Of a stretch of 64,000 bases of DNA, positions 49,777 to 62,873 are shown in pieces. The notes under the pieces are model-generated. The model worked only from the letters and a program-made list of their open reading frames with translations, was not told the DNA's origin and did not search any database. A program made the translations under genes and the position numbers. The DNA comes from the human T2T-CHM13v2.0 reference genome, Homo sapiens: assembly GCF_009914755.1 (NCBI RefSeq), contig NC_060928.1. One strand, 5' to 3'. How positions within the stretch are numbered: position 1 is the first letter of the stretch; each line of letters starts with the position of its first letter.

Positions 49777-52700
49777 CATTCTCAGAAACTTGTTTGTGAT
49801 GTGTGTATTCAACTAACAGAGTTGAACTTTTGTTTTTACAGAGCCGTTTTAAAACACTCTTTTTGTGGAATCAGAAAGTGGATATTTGGATGGCTCTGAG
49901 GATTTCGTTGGAAGCGGGATTACATATAAAATCTAGAGAGAAGCATTCTCAGGAACTTCTTTGTGATGTTTGCATTGAAGTCACAGAATTGAACATTCAC
50001 TTTGATAGAGCAGGTTTGAAACACTCATTCTGTAGTATCTGGAAGTGGACATTTCAAGCGCTTTCAGGCCTATGGTGAGAAAGGAAATATCTTCGAATAA
50101 AAACTAGACAGAAGCATCCTCAGAAACTTATTTGTGATGTGTGTCCTCAACTAACAGAGTTGAAACTTTGTTTTGATACAGCATTTTGGAAACACTCTTT
50201 TTGTAGAATCTGCAGGTGGATATTTGGATAGCTTAGAGGGATTCGTTGGAAAGGGGATATCTTCATATAAAATCTAGACAGAAGCATTCTCAGAAACTTA
50301 TTTGTGATGTGTGTCCTCAACTAACAGAGTTGAACCTTGGTTTTGATACAGCATTTTGGAAACACTCCTTTTGTAGAATCTGCAGGTGGATATGTGGATA
50401 GCTCTGAAGATTTCGTTGGAAACGGGAATTTCTTCATAGAAAATCAAACAGAAGCATTCTCAGAAACTTCTCAGTGATGTTTGCATTCAGCTCATGGAGT
50501 TGAACACTTCCTTTCATAGAGCCGGTTTGAAACACTCTTTCTGCACTACCTGGAAGAGGACATTTCGAGCGCTTTGAGTCCTATGGTGAAAAAGGAAATA
50601 TCTTCTCATAAAAACCAGAAAGAAGCATTCTCAGAAACTTCTTTGTGTTGTGTGTACTCATGTAACAGTGTTGAACCATCCTTTTGACAGAGCAGTTTTG
50701 AAACACTCTTTTTGTAGAATCTGCAAGTGGATATTTGGATAGCTTTGAGGATTTCGTTGGAAACGGGATGACATATAATATCTAGAGAGAAGCATTCTCA
50801 GGAACTTCTTTGTGATGTTTGCATTCAAGTCACAGAATTGAACATTCCCTTTCATAGAGCAGGTTTGAAACACTCTTTCTCTAGTATCTGGAAGTGGGCA
50901 TTTCAAGCGCTTTCAGGCCTATGGAGAGAAAGGAAATACCTTCAAATAAAAACTAGACAGAAGCATTCTCAGAAACTTATTTGTGATGTGTGTCCTCAAC
51001 TAACAGAGTTGAACCTTTGTTTTGATACAGCATTTTGGAAACACTCCTTTTGTAGAATCTGCAGGTGGATATTTGGATAACTTTGAAGATTTCGTTGGAA
51101 ACCGGAATATCTTCATATAAAATCAAGACAGAAGCATTCTCGGAAACATCTCTGTGATGTTTGCATTCAACTCAGTAGAGTTGAACACTTCCTTTCATAG
51201 AGCAGGTTTGAAACACTCTTTCTGCACTACCTGGAAGCGGACATTTCGAGCGCTTTGAGGCCTATGGTGAAAAAGGAAATATCTTCTCATAAAAACCAGA
51301 AAGAAGCATTCTCAGAAACTTCTTTGTGTTGTGTGTACTCAAGTAACAGTGTTGAACCTTCCTTTTGACACAGCAGTTTTGAAACACTCTTTTGGTAGAA
51401 CCTGCAAGTGGATATTTGGATAGCTTTGAGGATTTCGTTGGAAACGGGTTATCTTCATATAAAATCCAGACAGGAGCATTCTCAGAAACTTCTTTGTGCT
51501 GCATGTCCTCAATTCACAGAGCTGAACCTTTGTTTGGATACAGCATTTTGGAAACATTCCTTTAGTAGAATCTGCAAGTTGATATTTAGATAGCTTTGAA
51601 GATTTCGTTGGAAACGGGAATATCTTCATAGAAAATCTAGACGGAAGCATTCTCAGAAACTGCTTTGTGATGTTTGCATTCAAGTCACAGAGTTGAATAT
51701 TCCCTTTTATGGAGTAGGTTTGAAACACTCTTTTGGCACTACCTGGAAGTGGATATTTTGAGCTCTTTGAGGCCTATGGTTAAAAGGAAATATCTTCCCA
51801 TAAAAACTAGACAGAAGCCGTCTCAGAAACTTGTTTGTGATGTGTGTATTCAACTAACAGAGTTGAACATTTCTGTTACAGAGCAATTTTAAAACACTCT
51901 TTTTGTGGAATCTGAAAGTGGATAATTGGATAGCTTTGTGGATTTCGTTGGAAACGGGATGACGTATAAAATCTAGAGAGAAGCATTCTCAGGAACTTCT
52001 TTCTGATGTTTGCATTCAAGTCACAGAATTGAACATTCCTTTTCATAGTGCAGGTTTGAAACACTCTTTCTGTAGTATCTGGAAGTGGACATTTCAAGCG
52101 CTTTCAGGCCTACGGGGAGAAAGGAAATATCTTCAAATAAAAACTAGACAGAAGGATTCTCAGAAACTTATTTGTGATGTGTGTCCTCAACTAACAGAGT
52201 TGAACCTTTGTTTTGATACAGCATTTTGGAAACACTCCTTTTGTAGGATCTGCAGGTGGATATTTGGATAGATTTTAAGATTTCGTTGGAAACGGGAGTT
52301 TCTTCATAGAAACTCAAGACAGATGCATTCTCAGAAACATCTCTGTGATGTTTGCATTCCACTCATAGAGTTGAAAACTTCCTTTCATAGAGCAGGTTTG
52401 AAACACTCTTTTTGTAATATTTGGAAGTGGACATTTGCAGCGCTTTGAGGCCTATGGTGAAAAAGGAAATATCTTCTCATAAAAACCAGAAACAAGCATT
52501 CTCAGAAACTTCTTTTTGATGTGTGTACTCAAGTAACAGAGTTGAACCTTCCTTTTGACACAGCAGTTTTGAAACAATCTTTTTGTAGAATCTGCAAGTG
52601 GATATTTGGATAGCTTTGAGGATTTCGTTGGAAACGGGATATCTTCATATAAAATCTAGACAGAAGCATTCTCAGAAACTTCTTTGTGCTGTATGTCCTC

Positions 52701-53008
52701 AATTAACAGAGTTGAACCATTGCTTGGATACAGCATTTTGGAAACATTCCTTGAGTAGAATCTGCAAGTTGATATTTAGATAGATTTGAAGATTTCGTTG
52801 GAAAAGGGAATATCTCCATATAAAATCTAGAGGGAAGCATTCTCAGAAACTGCTTTGTGATGTTTCCATTCAAGTCACAGAGTTGAATATTCCCTTTTAT
52901 AGAGCACGTTTGAAACACTCTTTCTGCACTATCTGGAAGTGGACATTTCGAGCGCTTTGAGGCCTATGGTGAAAAAGGAAATATCTTCCCATAAAAACTA
53001 GACAGAAG
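49777..53008 (+). repeat. Canonical-length 19-mer HOR
   Basis: Marker spacing 49803 to 53035 is 3232 bp. Confidence 0.95.
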
Positions 53009-56000
53009 CATTCTCAGAAACTTGTTTGTGATGTGTGTATTCAACTAACAGAGTTGAACTTTTGTTTTTACAGAGCCGTTTTAAAACACTCTTTTTGTGG
53101 AATCAGAAAGTGGATATTCGGATGGCTCTGAGGATTTCGTTGGAAGCGGGATTACATATAAAATCTAGAGAGAAGCATTCTCAGGAACTTCTTTGTGATG
53201 TTTGCATTGAAGTCACAGAATTGAACATTCACTTTGATAGAGCAGGTTTGAAACACTCATTCTGTAGTATCTGGAAGTGGACATTTCAAGCGCTTTCAGG
53301 CCTATGGTGAGAAAGGAAATATCTTCGAATAAAAACTAGACAGAAGCATCCTCAGAAACTTATTTGTGATGTGTGTCCTCAACTAACAGAGTTGAAACTT
53401 TGTTTTGATACAGCATTTTGGAAACACTCTTTTTGTAGAATCTGCAGGTGGATATTTGGATAGCTTAGAGGGATTCGTTGGAAAGGGGATATCTTCATAT
53501 AAAATCTAGACAGAAGCATTCTCAGAAACTTATTTGTGATGTGTGTCCTCAACTAACAGAGTTGAACCTTGGTTTTGATACAGCATTTTGGAAACACTCC
53601 TTTTGTAGAATCTGCAGGTGGATATGTGGATAGCTCTGAAGATTTCGTTGGAAACGGGAATTTCTTCATATAAAATCAAACAGAAGCATTCTCAGAAACT
53701 TCTCAGTGATGTTTGCATTCAGCTCATGGAGTTGAACACTTCCTTTCATAGAGCCGGTTTGAAACACTCTTTCTGCACTACCTGGAAGAGGACATTTCGA
53801 GCGCTTTGAGTCCTATGGTGAAAAAGGAAATATCTTCTCATAAAAACCAGAAAGAAGCATTCTCAGAAACTTCTTTGTGTTGTGTGTACTCATGTAACAG
53901 TGTTGAACCATCCTTTTGACAGAGCAGTTTTGAAACACTCTTTTTGTAGAATCTGCAAGTGGATATTTGGATAGCTTTGAGGATTTCGTTGGAAACGGGA
54001 TGACATATAATATCTAGAGAGAAGCATTCTCAGGAACTTCTTTGTGATGTTTGCATTCAAGTCACAGAATTGAACATTCCCTTTCATAGAGCAGGTTTGA
54101 AACACTCTTTCTCTAGTATCTGGAAGTGGGCATTTCAAGCGCTTTCAGGCCTATGGAGAGAAAGGAAATACCTTCAAATAAAAACTAGACAGAAGCATTC
54201 TCAGAAACCTATTTGTGATGTGTGTCCTCAACTAACAGAGTTGAACCTTTGTTTTGATACAGCATTTTGGAAACACTCCTTTTGTAGAATCTGCAGGTGG
54301 ATATTTGGATAACTTTGAAGATTTCGTTGGAAACCGGAATATCTTCATATAAAATCAAGACAGAAGCATTCTCGGAAACATCTCTGTGATGTTTGCATTC
54401 AACTCAGTAGAGTTGAACACTTCCTTTCATAGAGCAGGTTTGAAACACTCTTTCTGCACTACCTGGAAGCGGACATTTCGAGCGCTTTGAGGCCTATGGT
54501 GAAAAAGGAAATATCTTCTCATAAAAACCAGAAAGAAGCATTCTCAGAAACTTCTTTGTGTTGTGTGTACTCAAGTAACAGTGTTGAACCTTCCTTTTGA
54601 CACAGCAGTTTTGAAACACTCTTTTGGTAGAATCTGCAAGTGGATATTTGGATAGCTTTGAGGATTTCGTTGGAAACGGGTTATCTTCATATAAAATCCA
54701 GACAGGAGCATTCTCAGAAACTTCTTTGTGCTGCATGTCCTCAATTCACAGAGCTGAACCTTTGTTTGGATACAGCATTTTGGAAACATTCCTTTAGTAG
54801 AATCTGCAAGTTGATATTTAGATAGCTTTGAAGATTTCGTTGGAAACGGGAATATCTTCATAGAAAATCTAGACGGAAGCATTCTCAGAAACTGCTTTGT
54901 GATGTTTGCATTCAAGTCACAGAGTTGAATATTCCCTTTTATAGAGTAGGTTTGAAACACTCTTTCGGCACTACCTGGAAGTGGATATTTCGAGCTCTTT
55001 GAGGCCTATGGTTAAAAGGAAATATCTTCCCATAAAAACTAGACAGAAGCCGTCTCAGAAACTTGTTTGTGATGTGTGTATTCAACTAACAGAGTTGAAC
55101 ATTTCTGTTACAGAGCAATTTTAAAACACTCTTTTTGTGGAATCTGAAAGTGGATAATTGGATAGCTTTGTGGATTTCGTTGGAAACGGGATGACGTATA
55201 AAATCTAGAGAGAAGCATTCTCAGGAACTTCTTTGTGATGTTTGCATTCAAGTCACAGAATTGAACATTCCCTTTCATAGAGCAGGTTTGAAACACTCTT
55301 TCTCTAGTATCTGGAAGTGGGCATTTCAAGCGCTTTCAGGCCTATGGAGAGAAAGGAAATACCTTCAAATAAAAACTAGACAGAAGCATTCTCAGAAACT
55401 TATTTGTGATGTGTGTCCTCAACTAACAGAGTTGAACCTTTGTTTTGATACAGCATTTTGGAAACACTCCTTTTGTAGAATCTGCAGGTGGATATTTGGA
55501 TAACTTTGAAGATTTCGTTGGAAACCGGAATATCTTCATATAAAATCAAGACAGAAGGATTCTCGGAAACATCTCTGTGATGTTTGCATTCAACTCAGTA
55601 GAGTTGAACACTTCCTTTCATAGAGCAGGTTTGAAACACTCTTTCTGCACTACCTGGAAGCGGACATTTCGAGCGCTTTGAGGCCTATGGTGAAAAAGGA
55701 AATATCTTCTCATAAAAACCAGAAACAAGCATTCTCAGAAACTTCTTTTTGATGTGTGTACTCAAGTAACAGAGTTGAACCTTCCTTTTGACACAGCAGT
55801 TTTGAAACAATCTTTTTGTAGAATCTGCAAGTGGATATTTGGATAGCTTTGAGGATTTCGTTGGAAACGGGATATCTTCATATAAAATCTAGACAGAAGC
55901 ATTCTCAGAAACTTCTTTGTGCTGTATGTCCTCAATTAACAGAGTTGAACCATTGCTTGGATACAGCATTTTGGAAACATTCCTTGAGTAGAATCTGCAA

Positions 56001-56241
56001 GTTGATATTTAGATAGATTTGAAGATTTCGTTGGAAAAGGGAATATCTCCATATAAAATCTAGAGGGAAGCATTCTCAGAAACTGCTTTGTGATGTTTCC
56101 ATTCAAGTCACAGAGTTGAATATTCCCTTTTATAGAGCACGTTTGAAACACTCTTTCTGCACTATCTGGAAGTGGACATTTCGAGCGCTTTGAGGCCTAT
56201 GGTGAAAAAGGAAATATCTTCCCATAAAAACTAGACAGAAG
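53009..56241 (+). repeat. Mosaic 19-mer (3233 bp): m14-m16 replaced by m7-m9 sequence
   Basis: After m13 the sequence shows m7 (TCTCTAGT, GGGCATTT, TACCTTC), m8 (AAACCGGA) and m9 (CTCGGAAAC, CTCAGTAGAG) diagnostics, then resumes at the m16 end and m17. The extra base arises because m9 is 172 bp. Confidence 0.9.
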
Positions 56242-58282
56242 CATTCTCAGAAACTTGTTTGTGATGTGTGTATTCAACTAACAGAGTTGAACTTTTGTTT
56301 TTACAGAGCCGTTTTAAAACACTCTTTTTGTGGAATCAGAAAGTGGATATTCGGATGGCTCTGAGGATTTCGTTGGAAGCGGGATTACGTATAAAATCTA
56401 GAGAGAAGCATTCTCAGGAACTTCTTTGTGATGTTTGCATTGAAGTCACAGAATTGAACATTCACTTTGATAGAGCAGGTTTGAAACACTCATTCTGTAG
56501 TATCTGGAAGTGGACATTTCAAGCGCTTTCAGGCCTATGGTGAGAAAGGAAATATCTTCGAATAAAAACTAGACAGAAGCATCCTCAGAAACTTATTTGT
56601 GATGTGTGTCCTCAACTAACAGAGTTGAAACTTTGTTTTGATACAGCATTTTGGAAACACTCTTTTTGTAGAATCTGCAGGTGGATATTTGGATAGCTTA
56701 GAGGGATTCGTTGGAAAGGGGATATCTTCATATAAAATCTAGACAGAAGCATTCTCAGAAACTTATTTGTGATGTGTGTCCTCAACTAACAGAGTTGAAC
56801 CTTGGTTTTGATACAGCATTTTGGAAACACTCCTTTTGTAGAATCTGCAGGTGGATATGTGGATAGCTGTGAAGATTTCGTTGGAAACGGGAATTTCTTC
56901 ATATAAAATCAAACAGAAGCATTCTCAGAAACTTCTCAGTGATGTTTGCATTCAGCTCATGGAGTTGAACACTTCCTTTCATAGAGCCGGTTTGAAACAC
57001 TCTTTCTGCACTACCTGGAAGAGGACATTTCGAGCGCTTTGAGTCCTATGGTGAAAAAGGAAATATCTTCTCATAAAAACCAGAAAGAAGCATTCTCAGA
57101 AACTTCTTTGTGTTGTGTGTACTCATGTAACAGTGTTGAACCATCCTTTTGACAGAGCAGTTTTGAAACACTCTTTTTGTAGAATCTGCAAGTGGATATT
57201 TGGATAGCTTTGAGGATTTCGTTGGAAACGGGATGACATATAATATCTAGAGAGAAGCATACTCAGGAACTTCTTTGTGATGTTTGCATTCAAGTCACAG
57301 AATTGAACATTCCCTTTCATAGAGCAGGTTTGAAACACTCTTTCTCTAGTATCTGGAAGTGGGCATTTCAAGCGCTTTCAGGCCTATGGAGAGAAAGGAA
57401 ATACCTTCAAATAAAAACTAGACAGAAGCATTCTCAGAAACTTATTTGTGATGTGTGTCCTCAACTAACAGAGTTGAACCTTTGTTTTGATACAGCATTT
57501 TGGAAACACTCCTTTTGTAGGATCTGCAGGTGGATATTTGGATAGATTTTAAGATTTCGTTGGAAACGGGAGTTTCTTCATAGAAACTCAAGACAGATGC
57601 ATTCTCAGAAACATCTCTGTGATGTTTGCATTCCACTCATAGATTTGAAAACTTCCTTTCATAGAGCAGGTTTGAAACACTCTTTTTGTAATATTTGGAA
57701 GTGGACATTTGCAGCGCTTTGAGGCCTATGGTGAAAAAGGAAATATCTTCTCATAAAAACCAGAAACAAGCATTCTCAGAAACTTCTTTTTGATGTGTGT
57801 ACTCAAGTAACAGAGTTGAACCTTCCTTTTGACACAGCAGTTTTGAAACAATCTTTTTGTAGAATCTGCAAGTGGATATTTGGATAGCTTTGAGGATTTC
57901 TTTGGAAACGGGATATCTTCATATAAAATCTAGACAGAAGCATTCTCAGAAACTTCTTTGTGCTGTATGTCCTCAATTAACAGAGTTGAACCATTGCTTG
58001 GATACAGCATTTTGGAAACATTCCTTGAGTAGAATCTGCAAGTTGATATTTAGATAGATTTGAAGATTTCGTTGGAAAAGGGAATATCTCCATATAAAAT
58101 CTAGAGGGAAGCATTCTCAGAAACTGCTTTGTGATGTTTCCATTCAAGTCACAGAGTTGAATATTCCCTTTTATAGAGCACGTTTGAAACACTCTTTCTG
58201 CACTATCTGGAAGTGGACATTTCGAGTGCTTTGAGGCCTATGGTGAAAAAGGAAATATCTTCCCATAAAAACTAGACAGAAG
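56242..58282 (+). repeat. 12-mer HOR variant (2041 bp): m1-7, m8/15 fusion, m16-19
   Basis: Marker spacing 56268 to 58309; 1191 bp (7 monomers) are missing. Confidence 0.92.
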
Positions 58283-60832
58283 CATTCTCAGAAACTTGTT
58301 TGTGATGTGTGTATTCAACTAACAGAGTTGAACTTTTGTTTTTACAGAGCCGTTTTAAAACACTCTTTTTGTGGAATCAGAAAGTGGATATTCGGATGGC
58401 TCTGAGGATTTCGTTGGAAGCGGGATTACATATAAAATCTAGAGAGAAGCATTCTCAGGAACTTCTTTGTGATGTTTGCATTGAAGTCACAGAATTGAAC
58501 ATTCACTTTGATAGAGCAGGTTTGAAACACTCATTCTGTAGTATCTGGAAGTGGACATTTCAAGCGCTTTCAGGCCTATGGTGAGAAAGGAAATATCTTC
58601 GAATAAAAACTAGACAGAAGCATCCTCAGAAACTTATTTGTGATGTGTGTCCTCAACTAACAGAGTTGAAACTTTGTTTTGATACAGCATTTTGGAAACA
58701 CTCTTTTTGTAGAATCTGCAGGTGGATATTTGGATAGCTTAGAGGGATTCGTTGGAAAGGGGATATCTTCATATAAAATCTAGACAGAAGCATTCTCAGA
58801 AACTTATTTGTGATGTGTGTCCTCAACTAACAGAGTTGAACCTTGGTTTTGATACAGCATTTTGGAAACACTCCTTTTGTAGAATCTGCAGGTGGATATG
58901 TGGATAGCTCTGAAGATTTCGTTGGAAACGGGAATTTCTTCATATAAAATCAAACAGAAGCATTCTCAGAAACTTCTCAGTGATGTTTGCATTCAGCTCA
59001 TGGAGTTGAACACTTCCTTTCATAGAGCCGGTTTGAAACACTCTTTCTGCACTACCTGGAAGAGGACATTTCGAGCGCTTTGACTCCTATGGTGAAAAAG
59101 GAAATATCTTCTCATAAAAACCAGAAAGAAGCATTCTCAGAAACTTTTTGTGTTGTGTGTACTCATGTAACAGTGTTGAACCTTCCTTTTGACACAGCAG
59201 TTTTGAAACACTCTTTTGGTAGAATCTGCAAGTGGATATTTGGATAGCTTTGAGGATTTCGTTGGAAACGGGTTATCTTCATATAAAATCCAGACAGGAG
59301 CATTCTCAGAAACTTCTTTGTGCTGCATGTCCTCAATTCACAGAGCTGAACCTTTGTTTGGATACAGCATTTTGGAAACATTCCTTTAGTAGAATCTGCA
59401 AGTTGATATTTAGATAGCTTTGAAGATTTCGTTGGAAACGGGAATATCTTCATAGAAAATCTAGACGGAAGCATTCTCAGAAACTGCTTTGTGATGTTTG
59501 CATTCAAGTCACAGAGTTGAATATTCCCTTTTATAGAGTAGGTTTGAAACACTCTTTCGGCACTACCTGGAAGTGGATATTTCGAGCTCTTTGAGGCCTA
59601 TGGTTAAAAGGAAATATCTTCCCATAAAAACTAGACAGAAGCCGTCTCAGAAACTTGTTTGTGATGTGTGTATTCAACTAACAGAGTTGAACATTTCTGT
59701 TACAGAGCAATTTTAAAACACTCTTTTTGTGGAATCTGAAAGTGGATAATTGGATAGCTTTGTGGATTTCGTTGGAAACGGGATGACGTATAAAATCTAG
59801 AGAGAAGCATTCTCAGGAACTTCTTTCTGATGTTTGCATTCAAGTCACAGAATTGAACATTCCTTTTCATAGTGCAGGTTTGAAACACTCTTTCTGTAGT
59901 ATCTGGAAGTGGACATTTCAAGCGCTTTCAGGCCTACGGGGAGAAAGGAAATATCTTCAAATAAAAACTAGACAGAAGGATTCTCAGAAACTTATTTGTG
60001 ATGTGTGTCCTAAACGAACACAGTTGAACCTTTGTTTTGATACAGCATTTTGGAAACACTCCTTTTGTAGGATCTGCAGGTGGATATTTGGATAGATTTT
60101 AAGATTTCGTTGGAAACGGGAGTTTCTTCATAGAAACTCAAGACAGATGCATTCTCAGAAACATCTCTGTGATGTTTGCATTCCACTCATAGAGTTGAAA
60201 ACTTCCTTTCATAGAGCAGGTTTGAAACACTCTTTTTGTAATATTTGGAAGTGGACATTTGCAGCGCTTTGAGGCCTATGGTGAAAAAGGAAATATCTTC
60301 TCATAAAAACCAGAAACAAGCATTCTCAGAAACTTCTTTTTGATGTGTGTACTCAAGTAACAGAGTTGAACCTTCCTTTTGACACAGCAGTTTTGAAACA
60401 ATCTTTTTGTAGAATCTGCAAGTGGATATTTGGATAGCTTTGAGGATTTCGTTGGAAACGGGATATCTTCATATAAAATCTAGACAGAAGCATTCTCAGA
60501 AACTTCTTTGTGCTGTATGTCCTCAATTAACAGAGTTGAACCATTGCTTGGATACAGCATTTTGGAAACATTCCTTGAGTAGAATCTGCAAGTTGATATT
60601 TAGATAGATTTGAAGATTTCGTTGGAAAAGGGAATATCTCCATATAAAATCTAGAGGGAAGCATTCTCAGAAACTGCTTTGTGATGTTTCCATTCAAGTC
60701 ACAGAGTTGAATATTCCCTTTTATAGAGCACGTTTGAAACACTCTTTCTGCACTATCTGGAAGTGGACATTTCGAGCGCTTTGAGGCCTATGGTGAAAAA
60801 GGAAATATCTTCCCATAAAAAGTAGACAGAAG
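58283..60832 (+). repeat. 15-mer HOR variant (2550 bp, with a 1-bp deletion)
   Basis: Marker spacing 58309 to 60859. AAACTTTTTG at 59141-59150 replaces AAACTTCTTTG. Confidence 0.92.
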
Positions 60833-62873
60833 CATTCTCAGAAACTTGTTTGTGATGTGTGTATTCAACTAACAGAGTTGAACTTTTGTTTTTACAGAGC
60901 CGTTTTAAAACACTCTTTTTGTGGAATCAGAAAGTGGATATTCGGATGGCTCTGAGGATTTCGTTGGAAGCGGGATTACGTATAAAATCTAGAGAGAAGC
61001 ATTCTCAGGAACTTCTTTGTGATGTTTTCATTGAAGTCACAGAATTGAACATTCACTTTGATAGAGCAGGTTTGAAACACTCATTCTGTAGTATCTGGAA
61101 GTGGACATTTCAAGCGCTTTCAGGCCTATGGTGAGAAAGGAAATATCTTCGAATAAAAACTAGACAGAAGCATCCTCAGAAACTTATTTGTGATGTGTGT
61201 CCTCAACTAACAGAGTTGAAACTTTGTTTTGATACAGCATTTTGGAAACACTCTTTTTGTAGAATCTGCAGGTGGATATTTGGATAGCTTAGAGGGATTC
61301 GTTGGAAAGGGGATATCTTCATATAAAATCTAGACAGAAGCATTCTCAGAAACTTATTTGTGATGTGTGTCCTCAACTAACAGAGTTGAACCTTGGTTTT
61401 GATACAGCATTTTGGAAACACTCCTTTTGTAGAATCTGCAGGTGGATATGTGGATAGCTCTGAAGATTTCGTTGGAAACGGGAATTTCTTCATATAAAAT
61501 CAAACAGAAGCATTCTCAGAAACTTCTCAGTGATGTTTGCATTCAGCTCATGGAGTTGAACACTTCCTTTCATAGAGCCGGTTTGAAACACTCTTTCTGC
61601 ACTACCTGGAAGAGGACATTTCGAGCGCTTTGAGTCCTATGGTGAAAAAGGAAATATCTTCTCATAAAAACCAGAAAGAAGCATTCTCAGAAACTTCTTT
61701 GTGTTGTGTGTACTCATGTAACAGTGTTGAACCATCCTTTTGACAGAGCAGTTTTGAAACACTCTTTTTGTAGAATCTGAAAGTGGATATTTGGATAGCT
61801 TTGAGGATTTCGTTGGAAACGGGATGACATATAATATCTAGAGAGAAGCATACTTAGGAACTTCTTTGTGATGTTTGCATTCAAGTCACAGAATTGAACA
61901 TTCCCTTTCATAGAGCAGGTTTGAAACACTCTTTCTCTAGTATCTGGAAGTGGGCATTTCAAGCGCTTTCAGGCCTATGGAGAGAAAGGAAATACCTTCA
62001 AATAAAAACTAGACAGAAGCATTCTCAGAAACTTATTTGTGATGTGTGTCCTCAACTAACAGAGTTGAACCTTTGTTTTGATACAGCATTTTGGAAACAC
62101 TCCTTTTGTAGGATCTGCAGGTGGATATTTGGATAGATTTTAAGATTTCGTTGGAAACGGGAGTTTCTTCATAGAAACTCAAGACAGATGCATTCTCAGA
62201 AACATCTCTGTGATGTTTGCATTCCACTCATAGATTTGAAAACTTCCTTTCATAGAGCAGGTTTGAAACACTCTTTTTGTAATATTTGGAAGTGGACATT
62301 TGCAGCGCTTTGAGGCCTATGGTGAAAAAGGAAATATCTTCTCATAAAAACCAGAAACAAGCATTCTCAGAAACTTCTTTTTGATGTGTGTACTCAAGTA
62401 ACAGAGTTGAACCTTCCTTTTGACACAGCAGTTTTGAAACAATCTTTTTGTAGAATCTGCAAGTGGATATTTGGATAGCTTTGAGGATTTCGTTGGAAAC
62501 GGGATATCTTCATATAAAATCTAGACAGAAGCATTCTCAGAAACTTCTTTGTGCTGTATGTCCTCAATTAACAGAGTTGAACCATTGCTTGGATACAGCA
62601 TTTTGGAAACATTCCTTGAGTAGAATCTGCAAGTTGATATTTAGATAGATTTGAAGATTTCGTTGGAAAAGGGAATATCTCCATATAAAATCTAGAGGGA
62701 AGCATTCTCAGAAACTGCTTTGTGATGTTTCCATTCAAGTCACAGAGTTGAATATTCCCTTTTATAGAGCACGTTTGAAACACTCTTTCTGCACTATCTG
62801 GAAGTGGACATTTCGAGCGCTTTGAGGCCTATGGTGAAAAAGGAAATATCTTCCCATAAAAACTAGACAGAAG
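60833..62873 (+). repeat. 12-mer HOR variant (2041 bp), second copy
   Basis: Same m8/m15 junction and private SNPs as 56242-58282. Confidence 0.92.
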
